DNA of 64,000 bases from Mobula birostris (taxonomy: Eukaryota), in NCBI RefSeq assembly GCF_030028105.1, contig NC_092391.1, positions 47,217,223-47,281,222 on the forward strand, given 5' to 3'. A program made the position numbers and the translations under genes. The notes under the pieces were generated by a model that was not told where the DNA came from, searched no databases, and saw nothing but the letters and a program-made list of their open reading frames with translations. Within the stretch, counting starts at the first letter, position 1, and every line of letters starts with the position of its first letter. Positions 38,205 to 51,200 of this stretch are shown in pieces.

Positions 38205-39080
38205 TCATAGGGTTGTAAAGAGAGCTTTTGGCATATTGTACTTTATAAATCAAAGTATTGAGTACAGGAATTGAGGTCTCATGTTGAGGTTGTGTAATAC
38301 ATTGGTGAGATCTAATTTGGAGTATGGTGTGCAGTTCTGGTCACGTACAGGAAAGTTATCGATGAGGTTGAAAGAGGACAGATTAAATTTACAGGGATGT
38401 TGCCAGGACTCAAGGGCCTGAGTAGTATGGAGAGAATGAACAGATTTGGACTTTATTCCCTGGAGCGTAGGAGAATGAAGGATGATTTGATAGAGGTTTA
38501 CAAAATTATGAAGGATATAGATAGGGTAAATGCAAACAAGATTTTTTTTTCCACTGTGGTTGGGTGAGACTACAACTAAAGGTTATGGATTAGGAGTGAA
38601 AGGCGAAATGTTTAAGGGATGAGGAGGAACTTCTTCACTCAGAGGGTGATGAGAGTGTGGAACGAGCTACCAGCAGAATCGGTGGACGTGGGTTTGATAT
38701 CAACATTTATGAGAAATCTGGGAAGTACATGGATGGAAGGGATATATATAGGTCCATTGTCCAGATGCAAGTTGATGGGACTAAGCAGAATAATAGTTCG
38801 GCATGGACTTAGCCAGATGGTGGTGTAGTGGCATCTGCACTGGACTTTGAGGTAAGTGGTCCCAGGTTCGAATCCAGCCCGGTCCTTGCATGCTTTCCAT
38901 CCATGCTCAGTTGAGCATTGAACTAACAAAGCTGCCTGATAAAAAAAGCAGTCCAAAGCCAAAGAAGCAGTAAGGCTGCCATCTGATCCACCACAAAGTG
39001 TGGAGAGCAACAACAAGAATGAACTAAATGGGCCAAAGGGCCTGTTTCTGTCCTGTAATATTCTATGACCATATGACTCT
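38205..39080 (+). mobile_element. CR1 3' fragment
   Basis: LEYGVQFWS; RRNFFTQRVMRVWNELP; GGGCCAAAGGGCCTGTT and (TATGAC) tail. Confidence 0.9.
38811..39018 (+). mobile_element. tRNA-derived SINE inserted in the CR1 3' UTR
   Basis: A box TGGTGTAGTGG, B box GGTTCGAATCC, (CAA)n tail; head shared with 55764-55981. Confidence 0.8.
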
Positions 39081-40937
39081 ATTTGGAATCTACATGTGTG
39101 CAGAACTGCCAGGGCTATGCATCATTGCTCGAAAGACCAGTGTTGCCCTTTATAGCTGCAGCTGAGTGTAGTTAAATAATACACTTCTAAAAATGAAGAC
39201 TACAGTTAAGTACTGTCTAATTCTGTAATAGTTTATGTAAGGACTCAGGAGAGAACTTGACATTAAATAATCAGCCTCATTACATTGAAAAGTCCCTGAC
39301 AAGCTCCGGTGCTGAAAGGACGTGATTGGAAACAATTTAAAAATAAGTAGCAGAATCTTTGGGAAGATTAAATTATTTTATAAATAGGATAGCCTACAAA
39401 ATACCCAAAAGTTACTGCCATTTTACTTAGAATAGATTCTCTCATATAATTGCAATGCAAGATCTCATATTAATAAATACTAATTTAATAAAGGGCATTT
39501 AATTTCAATCAAATAAAAACCATTTGTGTAAACCTCCCGCAAATGATTTTCTGTGAAAGGTATTTAGAGTGAGGTAATTTCATCTTGCCCTTGCTGTTTC
39601 AATAAAAATCTCCTACATAAAGCCTTTTATATGTCAGTATCAAAGCTGATATGCTTTAAAAATAGTTTGTTTATTTAGTTGCCATTTCTAGCTTTCATAT
39701 TGTTTAATTTCTTCATTATATTCTTAATGTCTCTCAGTTACTTGAGATGAAAGCCACATGCAGTTGCAAGATGACTAGAAAAGATAAAGACCATAAAAGC
39801 CTTTAAATTCCATTAAAACTTGGAGACTTCTGCTGTTGATTAACTTAGTCAAAACAAGTTACAAGTATATTCAGACAGAAACTTTATGCCTTTCTGTTCC
39901 ATTCAGCCTTTCAATCTGTCCTATATACCAAAGTGGTATCTGAAGCATTATTTCACCTATGATATAATATGCCCTGGGAGAGAAATTACCAGAGAAGGAC
40001 TGGGATGCCAGGTGTATCACTGGACTGGAGCCAGAATCAAAGGAGTTTCTGAAAAGAAAATGGGTTTATTGACACAGTAAGAAGACAGTTGGGTGGAGGA
40101 TTTCAATCATGAACCCTGCTGAGCGCAATAGGGGTTTTTTTGTCCCTCAAGGAAAGGGTATTTTCTGTTTGTGGTAAACGACTTGGACGAATACATGGAT
40201 GAGTGGGTTAGTAGGTTGACATAGTGTTATGATGAGCCAAAATAACAAATATCTATTGGTCAGCTGACAACCAATCCCAGGCTGAGTTTCACTGATTGGT
40301 CACTGTTCTGATCAAAGTCTCGAGTGTTCTTGGGTAAAAAATTTAGATAGTTGTGCTTTGAAATGTACTGTTGAGTTTTGAGATTCTTGTGGTTGAGTGG
40401 TTTTACTGAATAGTTTATTTCGAGTTCTGGCTTTTTCATATGCACATTCCCTCACCCTGCTATTCTCTGCCAACTGGATTCTGAAGCCCTGGTAGAGATC
40501 TTTGATAATATTATGCATTTCACTTTCATGCTAAGCCTGTGCGTAAAGTGGAGGAAATAACTCAACAGGCCGTGACATCAAAAAAGTGGCCATGTCCTCA
40601 GCACAGCCTCATGGTGTGAAGGCTGGAAACTCGTACAAGTTGTTCTGGGACCTACCCAAAGATGGTAACTGAAAGTAGGGTGGACACTAGTTTGAAAACA
40701 AGGAGGAAGAGGAATGCCACACCTAAATTTGCCAGAAGAGCAGACCCTGACCCTAGACTCGAAGTTTCTAGAAAGTGGGGTCCCAGGAGCTCTGAGCTCC
40801 ATACAGCAAATCAGCCGTTGGGGATGACCAGATAAAGGAAGAAGGGTAAAATAAGCTGCAAGTGCCAAGTGATGTAAGAGAGATCCTTGACCTCCAGCTT
40901 GAGGGAACTCGGAAAAAAAGATAAATTTGGAGAGTAG

Positions 40938-41634
40938 TGTAAGGGGGTTTCGATTTTTATGTTACTGCGAAGGCTAATTAAAATGGCGTTTTTGTTATGT
41001 TAATCTGGGGAATGCGGCTTTGTTGTGCTTTAACGCTGAGAAAGTTTGCGCTAGCAGCTTATTGTGGTTTAGAGGGTGATAAGAGGGTGCTATTAACCAA
41101 TTGGGATAGTTGTTATGGTTTTGGTGTATTTGAAGATACTGTATGCGCGGGGTTTTGGGGAGAAGGCGGGAGAGCGAGACAGAGGATGGACCAGGTGCTG
41201 TGAGTCCACTAACGGGGTCGGACCCCGAGCGGGACGTTCGACGAGGAGACGGAGACGGACTCGGACTCGTGTGGAGCGTCTGGTCGACCACCGTTGTTGG
41301 TCCCAGGCGGCCGGTCGAGGTGGTCCGAGGGGTCGCAGAGTGAAGAAGAAGGTCCTTGAGCTCCAACAGTTTTTGTGCACGAAGAGATTGAACTTTGATA
41401 AGTGTGGCGCCTTTTATTTTCCTTTTATATTTTATTCTCTTTTAATTATATAGTTCCAGTAATATCTATAAACTGTAAATCATTTAATTGCATCTGGTGT
41501 ATTGTCTGTTATTTGGGGGGGGGGGTACCTCACACAGCATCCACACAAACGAATTACCCAGTTTGGCGGGGCCGAGGCTGTTTCCCTAGACGACAGCGAG
41601 CCGAGCGACCCTGAGGGTGGCCAGGGGGGCTACA
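40938..41634 (+). mobile_element. Young solo LTR
   Basis: TGTA...TACA termini; 4-bp TSD GTAG at 40934-40937 and 41635-41638; CpG-rich; strand is tentative. Confidence 0.9.
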
Positions 41635-41646
41635 GTAGCAAACAGA

Positions 41647-42585
41647 CTACAGGAGGCCATACCTTCTTCAGATGTATATACTCTGGGCCATGCTAGTCAG
41701 TCTGGAGCCAGGCACAATGGATATTTTCCAGTCGGGACCCTTCAGCTCTTTTATCCTGACAATTTTGTTTTGGTCCAGAGTGAGGTGGGCAACAACTGGG
41801 CCAAAGACCACGACGCGGAGAATGCTGAGCTGATGGACTCCATCATGGATGTGGTACAGAAGGAGTTGGAGAGTTTCGGCTGCCTCCAGGGATTCCAGCT
41901 CACCCAGTCCCTGGGCAGGGGCATGGGCATGGGCTTGTGCACCCTCTTCTCATCAGCAAGATCTGCAAGGAATGCCCGGATCATATCACGAACACCTTCA
42001 GCGTGGTGCCTTCACCCCAAAGTCTCAGACACAGTGGTGGAGCCCTACTACCACCAGCTGTTGGAGAACACGGACAAAGCCATCTGCTTTGACAACAAGG
42101 CCCTCTACAATATCTGCTTCTGCACTCTCATGTTCCGCACCCCTTTCTATGGGGACCTCAACCACCTGATCTTGACAGCCACGAGCAGTGTCACCACCTG
42201 CCTCTACGTCCCCAGCTAGCTCAAAGCTGAACTGTGCAAGCTGGTGGTCAAATTGGTCTCCTTCCTCCATTTCCATTTCTTCATGTTGGGATTTGCCCTC
42301 CCTGACCGACTGGGGCAGCCGGCAGACCTGCACCCTGACAGTGCTTAAGCTGACCCAGCAGAAGTTTGACGCCAAGAACGTGAGCCCCGCACGGCCGCTA
42401 CCCGACTTTGGCGGTCATCCTCCGAGGCTGCACGTCCATGAGGAAGGTCGACGAGCAGATGCTCAAACAAGAGCAGAAGCTTCTTTGCAGACTGGATACC
42501 CCACAATTTCAAAATAGCTGTCTGCGATTTCCTGCCCTGGGGCCTCAAGATGTCCACCACCTTCATATGCAACTCCAGCATCAAA
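41647..42585 (+). pseudogene. TUBB: Beta-tubulin processed pseudogene fragment (about codons 50-375)
   Basis: [77 protein letters not shown]; several frameshifts; no intron at the usual vertebrate exon 3/4 junction (FVFG|QSG). Confidence 0.95.
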
Positions 42586-42586
42586 T

Positions 42587-44060
42587 GTATGCTCATTTTT
42601 GGGTGTAATCAGTCAGTATCCAGCATTCCTCCCAGCAATGCGCTGGTTGAGGGCGCCACTCAATGCCCTGCTCAATAAGGATACGACATGGAAATGGTCC
42701 AAACAATGCCAAGAGGCTTCTAATCAGGTGCAGAATATGCTGTCATCTGACCTTCCCTTGATGCATTTCAGCCCAGAGTTCCCAATTGCTGTCACAACAG
42801 ATGAGTCCAACTACTGGTGGGAGTTGTCATATCCCATATCTTCCCTGATGCCATGCATGCAGCTGGATCACTGGTTGCAGTAGAAATGAACTACTAACAA
42901 ATTGAGAAGGAAGACTTGGGAATCACCTTTGCTGTGAAGAAATTCCACAAGATCCTTAATGGCAGATGCTTCATTCTCCTTACTGATCACAAGTCACCAT
43001 TGTTCATCTTTGGTTCCAAGAAAGGCATTCTGGTGTATATAGCTAACTGTCTACAAAAGTGGGCGATAATGTTATTAGCCTATGATTTTGAAATCAAGTA
43101 CATATCAACCCAGGCACTTGCTCTCTCCAGACTTACTGATCAACAGGTTAATGAAGACGTAGTTGTGGCTGCAATTTCAGTTCACTGCATAGTCCACTGC
43201 ATTGTATCTGATGCTGTTGAAGGTCTTCAGGTTACTGTCAACAAGAACAGAGCAGAAATGACAACAGATTGGCTTCTTCAGTGTATCTCCAGATACCTCA
43301 GTGACAGATGACCAATCAGATTGAGGAAGATGTCTACCCATGCCATACCTTGCTCTCAAATGTGGACTCCTGCTTAATGTTTGGAGCCAAAATAGTGATT
43401 CCATGAATATTTCAACCAATTTCCACTGTGGTCAGCTTTACTTCAATTGAATGAAAACCCTGCACAGGCCTGGCATAAATGAAGATACCACACATGCATG
43501 CATACAGTGTACCTAGTGCTCTATGGCAACAAAGAATGCAGGTAGAGCCAATCCACAACCACGGCCTCAGGCTATCAAACCTTGGAGCTGCATACAAATT
43601 GATTCACTGGCCCACTTGACGTGTTCCCACTTTGTCTTGGTTGATGTCTATTCCAGGTGGCCAGAAATATCTATGAAGTCAACAATGACAGAGGCTACCA
43701 TTCAACAGCTACTGAAGATCTTCAGCTGCTAGGGGATGCCAGAAACACTTGCTTCTGATAACGGCAGCCAATTCAGTTCAAAGCAGTTTGCTACATTCTT
43801 CCAGAACATGGAATTATCCACATCCGCTCACCCCTGTATCATCCACAGTCCAGTGGCCAAGCAGAGAAGTTTGTGGATATCTTTAAACAACCATTTCTGA
43901 AATCAAGGGGGGAAGGAGTGTCAGCTGAGGCTCTCAACACATTTATGCCGTCATATCAAATTATGCCGCATCCAGGCCTCAAGGGGAAGTTCCCAACTGA
44001 AGGGTTTTTGGGAAGAAAACTGCACACAGTATTGGACGCAATGCTGCTACAGCGTCCAAC
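42587..44060 (+). pseudogene. Gypsy pol remnant: RT connection, RNase H and integrase
   Basis: [19 protein letters not shown]; IEKEDLGITFAVKKFH..LTDHKS; QKWAIMLLAYDFEIKY; KPWSCIQID, VDVYSRWPE, SDNGSQF, YHPQSSGQAE. Confidence 0.92.
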
Positions 44061-44669
44061 ATCTGTAACAGCAGGTGGTCAGGTGCACAAAGACAGCCGC
44101 ACAGACCTTGGTCGATGGGTGATGACTAAAAAAATGGGCGCCCTTCAATCCTTAAGAACAGAAATGCGAAGACATTTTTTTAGTCAGAGGGTGGTGAATC
44201 TATGGAATTTGTTGCCATGGGCAGCGGTGGAGGCCAAGTCATTGGGTGTATTGGGTGTAAGCCGGTGATCCAATCAAATTCAACCCTTGGCTCAAATCCT
44301 ACAGCTAATCACCTTCAAGAGGGACATGTTACAGCGAGCCAAAACAACCAAAATTTGCCAGCGTATCAAGCAGATAAATGGCAAATGTTCTGTTCTCTTT
44401 GATGAATCAACAAGCCTCAGCATTAAGACCGCCCTAATAGTTTATTTAATGGTCATCTGACTTTCACTCACTGGTCGTTGTTTCTATCAATATCTCAAAT
44501 GTTCTTGGGCAAAGCACCTAAGTAGATGTGCTTTGGAATCTACTCTTGAATTTTGCGGTTATTGGAGTTGCATGGTTTTACTGAATAACGGTTTACTTTG
44601 AGTTCCAGCTTTGTTCTATCTCCTGGCTTTGAGTCTCATCAGTAAATATAGGCAAAGGGAACGCAACAA

Positions 44670-46075
44670 AAAGGTTGCCAAAAAATACAGTGGGATATAG
44701 ATCAGCTGCAGATATGGGCAGAGAAATTGCAGATGGACTTTAATCCAGCCAAGTGTGAGGAGTTACACTTTGGGAGGTCAAAGGTAAAGGAACAGTACAA
44801 ACAGGACTGCTGACAACAGGACCCTTCACAATAGCTCCGTGAAAATGGCTGCACAGGTTGGTAGTGTAATAAAGTTATGGCATGCTTACCATTATTCAAG
44901 AATCAGGAAGTTATGACGTAGCTTTATAAAACAACGCACACAAAATCCTGTCGAAAGGATTCGGCCTGAAACGTCAGCAATACTCTTTTCCAAAAATGCT
45001 GCCTGGCCTGCTGGGTCGCTCCAGTATTTTGCGTGTGTTGCGTGGATTCCAGCATCTGCAGATTTTCTCATGTTTGGGCTTTATAAAACTCTGATTCATC
45101 CACTCTTGAAGTATTGTGCACAATTCTGGTCACCCAGTTACGGGAAGGATATCGAGGATTTGGAAGAGGGTGCAGAAGAGGTTTATCAGGGTGCTGCCTG
45201 GACGAGACAACATGCACAATAAGAAGACGTTGAACAACTTGTTTTCTCTGGAGTGCCAGAGGCTGCAGAGAAACCTGATAAATGTTTCTAACATCTGTCA
45301 GGCATAGATAGGGTAAATAGACAAGCGAAAATCTGCAGATGCTAGAAATTCCAGCAACATACACAAAATGCTGGAGGAACTCAGCCGGCCAGGCAGCATC
45401 TATGGAAAAGAGTACAGTCGATGTTTTGGGCTGAAACCCTTTGGCAGGACTGGAGAAAAAAGTTGAGAAGTAGATTTCAAAGGTGGAGGGAGGGGAGAGA
45501 GGAACACAAGGTGATAGGTGAAACCGGGAGGGGGAAGGATGAAGTAAAGAGCTGGGAGGTTGAGTGGTGGAAGAGACAGAAGGCCATGAAAGAAAGAAAA
45601 GGGGAGAGGAGCATCAGAGGGCAAGGAGATAAGGTGAGAGAGTGGAAAATGGTGAAGCAGGGTGGGCATTACCAGAAGTTAGAGAAATCAATATTCATGC
45701 CATCGGGTTGGAGGCTACCCAAACAAAATATAAGGTGTTGTTCCTCCAACCTAAGTGTGGCCTTTTGTCTGATTGCTCCTGAAATATCTAATACTTGAGG
45801 GCATACATTTAAGGTAAGGAGGTCAAGTTCAAAGAAGACGTGCAAGGCAAGTTTATTTACACAGAGAATGGTGGGTGCCTGGAACACATGTCCAGGAGCA
45901 ATGGTGGAGGCAGATACAATAGGGGTGTTTAATAGACTCTCTTAGATAGGGACATGGACACACAGAGGATGGAGGGATATGAATGCTGTGCAGGCAAAAG
46001 GGATTAGACATCCTTATCTTAATTAGTTTGGCATAACATTGTGGGCTGACAGGCCTTTTCCTGTGCTGTAATGCT
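44670..46075 (+). mobile_element. CR1 3' part with nested Penelope pieces (44932-45075 and 45320-45762)
   Basis: DIDQLQIWAEK.QMDFNPAKCE and RVQKRFIRVLPG; the nested minus-strand piece encodes LEEQHLIFCLGSLQPDGMNIDFSNFW. Confidence 0.85.
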
Positions 46076-47145
46076 CTAAAAGTTTAATCTCATGTTATTT
46101 TAATCATCATTCATGCAAAGAGTCTTTCATCAGTCATTTTCACTCTACTGTCTGCCAAATGTTTTGAATTCATACCAAGAAAATTGTATTTTTGGGTTCA
46201 TTTATTTATCTTGGCTTTTCCTTTCTTACTATAAACTTTTCTTGAAGTGAATGCACTATGAGATAATCAGATACAATAACGCTGCTATCAAAAGTAGTTA
46301 CTCCCCTGAGACAGTTGTCATTCGTTTAGTCTCTGGCATAGTGCAAGGCATTCCCTGAGTAACAGGGCAGAGATAACCCTGGGACTCACGGAAAACATTA
46401 AAATCCATGCTGGAACAGGTGCAATGAAAGAGATTCCAGGCCCTTTTCCTAACAGGTAGGGCATTGCTTCAAGCTAGGTGACCCTGTCCCTCCTCCATAT
46501 ATCCTGGCTAGAATGTGCATTCACTGTAACAAGTGGGAATCCAGGCATGGATAGCATGTAGCTCAAAGGATTGCATCAGTGGAACTCAAATATATAAACA
46601 TTTCAGGAAGATGAAACGTTATCCGTCTCTATTCAACATCGCATAAACAAAATGAATTTCATCATTGAATCACAGTGTGCATGCAATTGTGTCATCCTCA
46701 AAAAAAAAGTAACAGAGAGCTCTGGCTTTCATTTTCCTTCACAGTTTGAGGATATCGAACCCCCCCCCCCCCCATCCTTCCACTCTCTGCCACTGCACCC
46801 CTCCACCATTCTTCCCCTAACTTTCACTCTTACCTGTAATCTGCAAATTCAACACCAGCTAAAAGGGAAACACATGTCCTCTGAATGATTCAGCTGCAGC
46901 CTGGTCACTTGATTCCCACATTGCTTCACCAAAGGAATCCAGATGTTATTAATTCGTCCTTTAAGAATATGTGAACCAATCCAGTCTCACCACCTTTCAC
47001 AACAGGATGAAGCAAGAGTTTAAGTGCATGGGAACACCAGCAATGGCGTTTTCTGCCACAAGCTTCAGAACTCCCGACTCGGATGTACATCACCATCACC
47101 AGAATCTAGATCCTAGAACTCGAGGCAACAGAACAATGAGAGCAA

Positions 47146-47490
47146 TGCACAAAATGCTGAAGGAGCTCAGTTGGTCTGACAGCATCTATGGAATGGAGAG
47201 GGACAGTCAACAGTTCAGGTTGAGACCCTTCATCAGGACTGGAATGAAAGTGGGGAGATAGCCAGCATAAAAAGGATGTTCGGGGTACATGACAGTGGGT
47301 GGACGCAGATCAGGGAATGCTGGTAGGTGGCGGGGGTTGGGGAGAGTGAGAATGATGTAAGAAGCTGGGAGAAGATAAGAGAAAGTAACAAAAGACTGAA
47401 GAAGATGGAATCTGATGGCAGAGGACAGTGGGGCATGGAATAAAGGAAGGAGCTGGGGAGGATGGTCAGTGCGAAAGCAGGTTCAGCAAA
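47146..47490 (-). mobile_element. Penelope pLTR/UTR fragment
   Basis: CACAAAATGCTG..GCATCTATGG..GACCCTTCATCAGGACTGG followed by a purine tract. Confidence 0.7.
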
Positions 47491-48217
47491 AGAATGAGAA
47501 GAGTTCAAGAAGGCAGTTCTCCACCACCTTCTCAGACACAACGAGGGATGGGCAATAACTCCTGGCCTTGTCAGGATGCCCCCATCCCAAACACTGAATA
47601 TACTTAAACAAAATCATGTAAAGAAACAGAAAACATGCAGAGAGTACCAGGTTTAAGTAGGAATTGTGAAAGATGCTTGAAACCATATGGATATTTTTAA
47701 GGTATTCCACAGCCCATGCTTTACAGAAAAAAAGCTTTTTGTTCTCTTACATAAATAACTTATTGTAAGGTACTTCGCACAGAAATATTTCAAAGTGATC
47801 TGAAACATGCCAACTGAGCCTATTGAATGCAATAATATTGCTGACAATTAAAGAGATACGTTGTCTGAAAACCATTGCATACAGTATTAACTGGAGCAAT
47901 TCGATGAACATATGATGAATTCATACTAAATCCATAGGGATTTTATTTAAAGTAACAGCAAGTCAAGTGAAAAAGAAACTATTGGAAACTCAGTAAGTCA
48001 GGCAGCATTTAATGGAGAGGGGAACAGAGTTAATGATTTAGGTCAATGGCTTTTAGTTTGTTCACCTGCACTGCATTCCTCTGTAACTGTAACACAGTAT
48101 TCTGCTTTCTGCTTTTCTTTTTGCTTCCTCCAAATACATTCTTGTCTATGGAACAGTCCACCTGGATGGTATGCAAACAAAGGTTTTTCATTGCATGTCG
48201 GTACATGTGACTATAAT

Positions 48218-51200
48218 CAGGGGTTCAGTGCTAATTTTTTAGGTCCCGGAGCTGAAAAAATGGTTGCCATTTCCTATATCCTTTCTATATATATGTCACA
48301 CCCAACTTCTGTACCAGCTCATTTTGTATACTGGGCAACTTCCTTGCCCCATTCATGTAATGAGCAGGTACACAAATTGGGTATGACATATATATATGAA
48401 TAGGGCTTCTTATAATGTTAAGCACCAAACCAAGATGAAAGAAATATATGAATTCCAGAGCTCCACAGAAGTATAGTGATAGTTAAGAGATTAACAAGAT
48501 TATAGCCTATCACTACATCTCTGTGTATACCTGGTACAATAAAACATATAATACTTAATTTAATAATATGACAAAGTATTGCACGGTTGCACTCACTAAT
48601 TGTCATAAAATTATCGAGCAAGTAAAGAAAAAGATAGTAATCATGTATTTTACCAATTTAAAAGTAATTACCTACTTACCAAATGCCACCAATGAGAAGT
48701 TTCACAATGATTTCCACAAAGGATCAGGCATAATATGTGTTTGGGGATCTGAAGCAACTCTTGTCCTGGTGTCATCTGCTGATCTGTGGTACCGCAGCGA
48801 TGATGTGACATACGGCTCAGGATTCCACTGAACTAGAGAAGGTCCGTGCAGTTTAACAAACATAAATACTGATACATGGTTTATGAGAATTATTGAGCGT
48901 GCTGTTGTTATTATAAAGTTCATGTGACTGAATCCTCTCTCACACTCAGCAGTATTAAAAGGAATAACTTATGAACAGCTCAGTAATGGGCGTAAATCTT
49001 GGGGGATGCGGTGTCCACGATCCTCCACATAATCTCTGAAGGCATTTATTACAGAGGAAGAAGAAAGCTTAAACCTCTTACAGAGAGATGATATTGCAGC
49101 TTCTCCATAATTAGGCGGTATTTCAGCAGGCCAGTTATCTTCATCAAGGACACACATTTCATTTAGCAGGGATTTATACATACTTTGAGGTTTAGAAGTT
49201 TGAGAACCTCTCAAGGATGTTGCCTTGAACATATGGTGCTGCAAATTGTTTATAAGACTAGTAAGAAACCGTAGATAATTATTGGAGACAATTTTGTTGT
49301 TGCTTGTTAAGGTAATTTTTCCAAACTTCCCCTTTTCAATTGCCTCTTGAGCTTTTATAGTTTTTGTATCAGGTTGCTCTTTCAGTCCATGCAGTGATCT
49401 TATGCTCCATTGGATCAAAATTTGTCTGCATAAACAATCATAGTAGTGCATTTCCGTAAACACTCTGACAGTAAACCAAGTTCACGCAACGTGTCAAACA
49501 TTAGAGCTAAGTCCAATAGAAACTATTCTGAAGAGAGTCTTTTCAACAGTCCTTCATAGGTTTTTCTGTCACTCCCAGATCTTGTTTCATCCTTCATTGC
49601 TTTTCAAAATGAAAACACAGTGCTTCATAATTTTGCCACACTGCTGAAACTGTTCGAAACAAGCTAGCTACCCACCTGGTGCCCAGAACACGGCCGATTT
49701 TGCAAATTTGTCGTTCAAGTTGAGAAGCACATTCAGACAGTTCCTTTTGATTTAGAGGTGATCTACTGTAAACAGAGTACAATTTGTCCATAAATGATTG
49801 AAAATGATTTATTCCATGAACTTTTCTCACCAAATCACCTATTGCAAGTTCTAATCTGTGATTAAGCCAGTGCCAAATAATCACATCAGGGTAATGTTTC
49901 TTGAGAATTGAGGCAACACCAGACTGGACACCAAGCATTACGCTCGCCCCATCACTAGCAAATGCTACAAGGTTCTGTTTCAAGTAAGAGTCATCAAACC
50001 CATGGTTATTGAGACAGTTCAATAGATGCTCAGCAATAGTTGCAGCTTTCTGATCAGGCAGTTCAATTAGATCTAAAAACATAAAATGGGGATCACCTTC
50101 CTCATCACGTTCACATTTCAAATAAACTATTAGGGCGGTCTTAATGCTGAGGCTTGTTGATTCATCAAAGAGAACAGAACATTTGCCATTTATCTGCTTG
50201 ATACGCTGGCAAATTTTCTTTTCCATATGTGATTATGTGATTAATTATCTCTGCAGCACTAGTGCGGAAATGCAGTCCAATTCCAATGTCAATACCATTT
50301 TTTTTTTGAAGTTCCAATAAGCCAAAGTGATCAGAGTATGATCTGTAATTCTGAGCTAAATAATATGCAGAAAGAAAAATTGAACAAGTTGCCTTTAGAT
50401 GCGAAGCATTCATGGTGTCACATAATTTTCCAAGAGCATCTTCACTAGCTGTATTTTCAACACTTGGAGCAGCAGTGTGAGCTTTTGATAGTTTGTGATC
50501 AACACTTTTTTTTTCTGAGACTTCAAGCGTGTACTTCGATCGGCTCCGTAATCAGATACTTGGTACATCTGCCCTGCCGATTCTCTAAGATCTTTAAGTT
50601 CTTGAGGCTGTAGTGCTTTACATAGCCAGCCAGCCATCCCTTACTAGCCTTAAACTCTTTCCTCTCGCTCTACTCAACCCCCTCACTTTAGTGCTCATAG
50701 AGGCTCAGTGCTTTCTCACGCATCATTTTGCCATCAACAGGGATATGCTTCTGTGACATGTCCTCCAGCCACACACTTAATGCTAACTCAGTCTTTGCAA
50801 GCATTTTATCACGAACCAGAGAGACCATTTTTGCCATTGTAGGGGTAGCACTGACACTTCCACGAATTTCAGCTTCTTTCTGCTTTATTGTGCAAATGCT
50901 CGACTCGTTCTTACCGATCTTACAGCCTACTTCGGCAAGTGACATGCCACTTTTCAAAAGGTCTAAGATCTTTATTTTCTCAGCGAACAATGCTCAAATG
51001 AGTGCTGGAGAGGGACTGAGGATCTGTGAAATAGCGGGAGGCTACAGCAGGGTATGCTGGGACAACGGGTCGAGCGAGGAGGAATTTCACAAAACAGTCA
51101 CAGCTCCAGGATTTCACCAAAAGCAATCAAATATCCTAATGTTATTAGTGGTATTTTCCCCACCAGCCACCAACCCCTCTCCTCAATCCCCCGCTTCTGT

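Larger units (their letters stand above)
40225..44668 (+). mobile_element. Old Gypsy/Ty3 LTR retrotransposon with two diverged LTRs (40225-40577 and 44327-44668)
   Basis: LTR starts TGTTATGATGAGCCAAAATAAC and TGTTACAGCGAGCCAAAACAAC; shared internal block 40286-40435 vs 44461-44612; ends CGTGACA and CGCAACA; purine run before the 3' LTR; splits a CR1 (40160-40220 and from 44670). Confidence 0.75.

Noticed and set aside
38811-38880. tRNA gene
   Set aside because: The A/B boxes continue into a SINE body and tail; the same head occurs with a TSD at 55764-55981.
40938-41634. This LTR as the 5' LTR of the tubulin-pol element
   Set aside because: It has its own TSD on both sides and no partner, so it is a later, independent solo LTR.
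41617-42219. 200-aa ORF as a functional tubulin gene
   Set aside because: It drifts in and out of the tubulin frame, has substitutions in the GGGTGSG motif and lacks the C-terminus.
49594-50226. Domesticated KIAA1586-like host gene
   Set aside because: It is frameshifted and still bounded by TIRs and a TSD, so it is a dead transposon.
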